64,000 nt of DNA, from positions 201,896-265,895 of the IMG/VR virus record IMGVR_UViG_3300049988_000245; one strand, given 5' to 3'. The position numbers were made by a program, and so were the translations under genes. The notes under the pieces are model-generated. The model ran no database searches. It saw only the letters and a program-made list of their open reading frames with translations, and was not told the DNA's origin. Below, piece by piece: positions 62,902-64,000 of the stretch; position 1 is the first letter of the stretch, and each line of letters opens with the position of its first letter. The DNA comes from a virus (taxonomy: Duplodnaviria; Caudoviricetes).

Positions 62902-63731
62902 TAGAAGAAGCCCTTTCCATCGGAGAGGAGCTTTCCAGAACGGTAATCCTCCAGTGAGAAATCTTTACGCATCATCTTGACGGTCGGCTGGGTGATCAGA
63001 GATACCGTTAGGGTGAACATCGCCGGGAGACGAACCGATCCAGACGCGCCACCACCAGTCGTCGTATTGGTTGTACCCGAGCTAGAAAGATTCACCTTCA
63101 CAGTATCCATATTCTCATCGTAATTATATGAATGAGTTTTCACAAACACTCGAATGCTTTTAAACATGTAATCTCCGTAACCCGTTAGGGTTAGAATCGG
63201 AGGCGGAAGGCCAGCATTCTTGTCAGCCTGTCCGAAATTCATCTTAGAGACCGAGCGAAGAAATTGAATCGCCGCAATCGCATATGCGCCTTCGGTTTGA
63301 TTCTGGACAGTAAATTTTCCTGTGATATTGATCTGCGCATTTGGGGAGCGAGAATAGTAGTAGTAATTTGTGTTCGAATGGGTCATCTGCATGTTTCCGT
63401 AGTCAACCTCCTGGCTGACTTGAATGCTTGGTGTATAAGGAAACATCAGACCTTGAGTCTGCTTAAGCGGAGCCATGATTCCCGGATAGGCTTCACCACC
63501 GCCTGTGTAGTTGGGCAGGTAAGCGATGCGCACGCGATCGTCCGAAGCAGAAGTGCTCGATGACGCGCTCGGGTTAACCGCTGTGGCGGAACTGTTGACC
63601 GACGAAATCGCGTTTTGAAGTCCACTGGTAAGTGTCTGATTGACGCCGGTTGTCGATGTGTTGCCGGGAATGACCGTATTGATGCTATTGATCTGTTGAA
63701 GATACTGTCCAAGATCAGTAAAAATAGTCAT
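62901..63731 (-). CDS. Baseplate/tail-tube initiator-like protein
   Basis: GLMFPYTPSI...HFLRS-like QFLRSVSKM.FG...PPPILTLTGYGDYMF...V.VKTHSY. Confidence 0.8.
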   Translation of the reverse strand: MTIFTDLGQYLQQINSINTVIPGNTSTTGVNQTLTSGLQNAISSVNSSATAVNPSASSSTSASDDRVRIAYLPNYTGGGEAYPGIMAPLKQTQGLMFPYTPSIQVSQEVDYGNMQMTHSNTNYYYYSRSPNAQINITGKFTVQNQTEGAYAIAAIQFLRSVSKMNFGQADKNAGLPPPILTLTGYGDYMFKSIRVFVKTHSYNYDENMDTVKVNLSSSGTTNTTTGGGASGSVRLPAMFTLTVSLITQPTVKMMRKDFSLEDYRSGKLLSDGKGFF

Positions 63732-63913
63732 TACGCTCCCAATAGCACTTGAAAATCTGTTCGAAACTATTTATTCGTTCGTAAAGTATAGACATAACCG
63801 TGTTTCTCAACATTATGTAATGTTTTTATGTTATTACAAAACTAAATAAATAAGTACTCTTTTATACTACTATCAGTAGTATACATTGCATCACCCCGAA
63901 CTTGACCGAGGAC

Positions 63914-64000
63914 ATGCAGAAACCCAAGTATATCACTAATAAGGATTTGCTTCGAGAAATTCATCGCAGCAAGGTCACTTTCTGCGTTTTCACGCAGCCC
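63914..64000 (+). CDS. Late-transcription sigma factor, gp55-like (5' end only)
   Basis: [20 protein letters not shown] matches the T4 gp55-type N-terminus pattern YxxNKxLL; SD GAGGA; tandem TAAATA upstream. Only 29 codons are visible. Confidence 0.6.
   Translation, partial: MQKPKYITNKDLLREIHRSKVTFCVFTQP

Noticed and set aside
1-64000. CRISPR array, rRNA or IS element
   Set aside because: No regularly spaced 23-47 bp repeats, rRNA signatures, or transposase with terminal inverted repeats were seen by eye.
1-64000. Genome-wide stop-codon reassignment
   Set aside because: TAA, TAG and TGA all end well-supported genes, and long genes are uninterrupted in the standard code. Only one local readthrough candidate exists (34649).

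Overview
This is a segment of a large T4-like (jumbo-type) myophage genome, not bacterial chromosome. Three blocks are visible. (1) About 1-15 kb holds a PAS-PAS sensor gene running off the left edge, conserved hypotheticals, a tail-fibre/adhesin cluster, a MazG-like pyrophosphatase and a stand-alone DnaE fragment. (2) About 15-37.4 kb is a GC-rich accessory region of short, tightly overlapped genes. It carries tRNA-Glu, an NAD+ salvage operon (NMNAT-Nudix, NAMPT, nucleoside-deoxyribosyltransferase-like), macro, 2H-phosphoesterase and WGR-like proteins, and about 20 paralogous small proteins sharing a C-terminal F-x2-(D/E)-x-(D/A)-A-x2-F-K-(L/M)-R-W motif. (3) About 37.5-64 kb is the baseplate/tail module: gp25-like, wedge, 3163-aa and 1240-aa giant proteins, spike, tail lysin, hub, and the start of a gp55-like late sigma factor at the right edge. 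The most notable unannotated signals are a duplicated two-hairpin RNA leader (AYAGA loop plus SD-sequestering GAG loop) before both NAD genes, the FKLRW paralog expansion including a 21-aa motif-only micro-ORF in frame behind the macro-domain stop codon, and the phage PAS sensor missed by the ORF track. All product calls come from motif recognition by eye; no database searches were run. An alphaproteobacterial or other high-GC host is only an inference.
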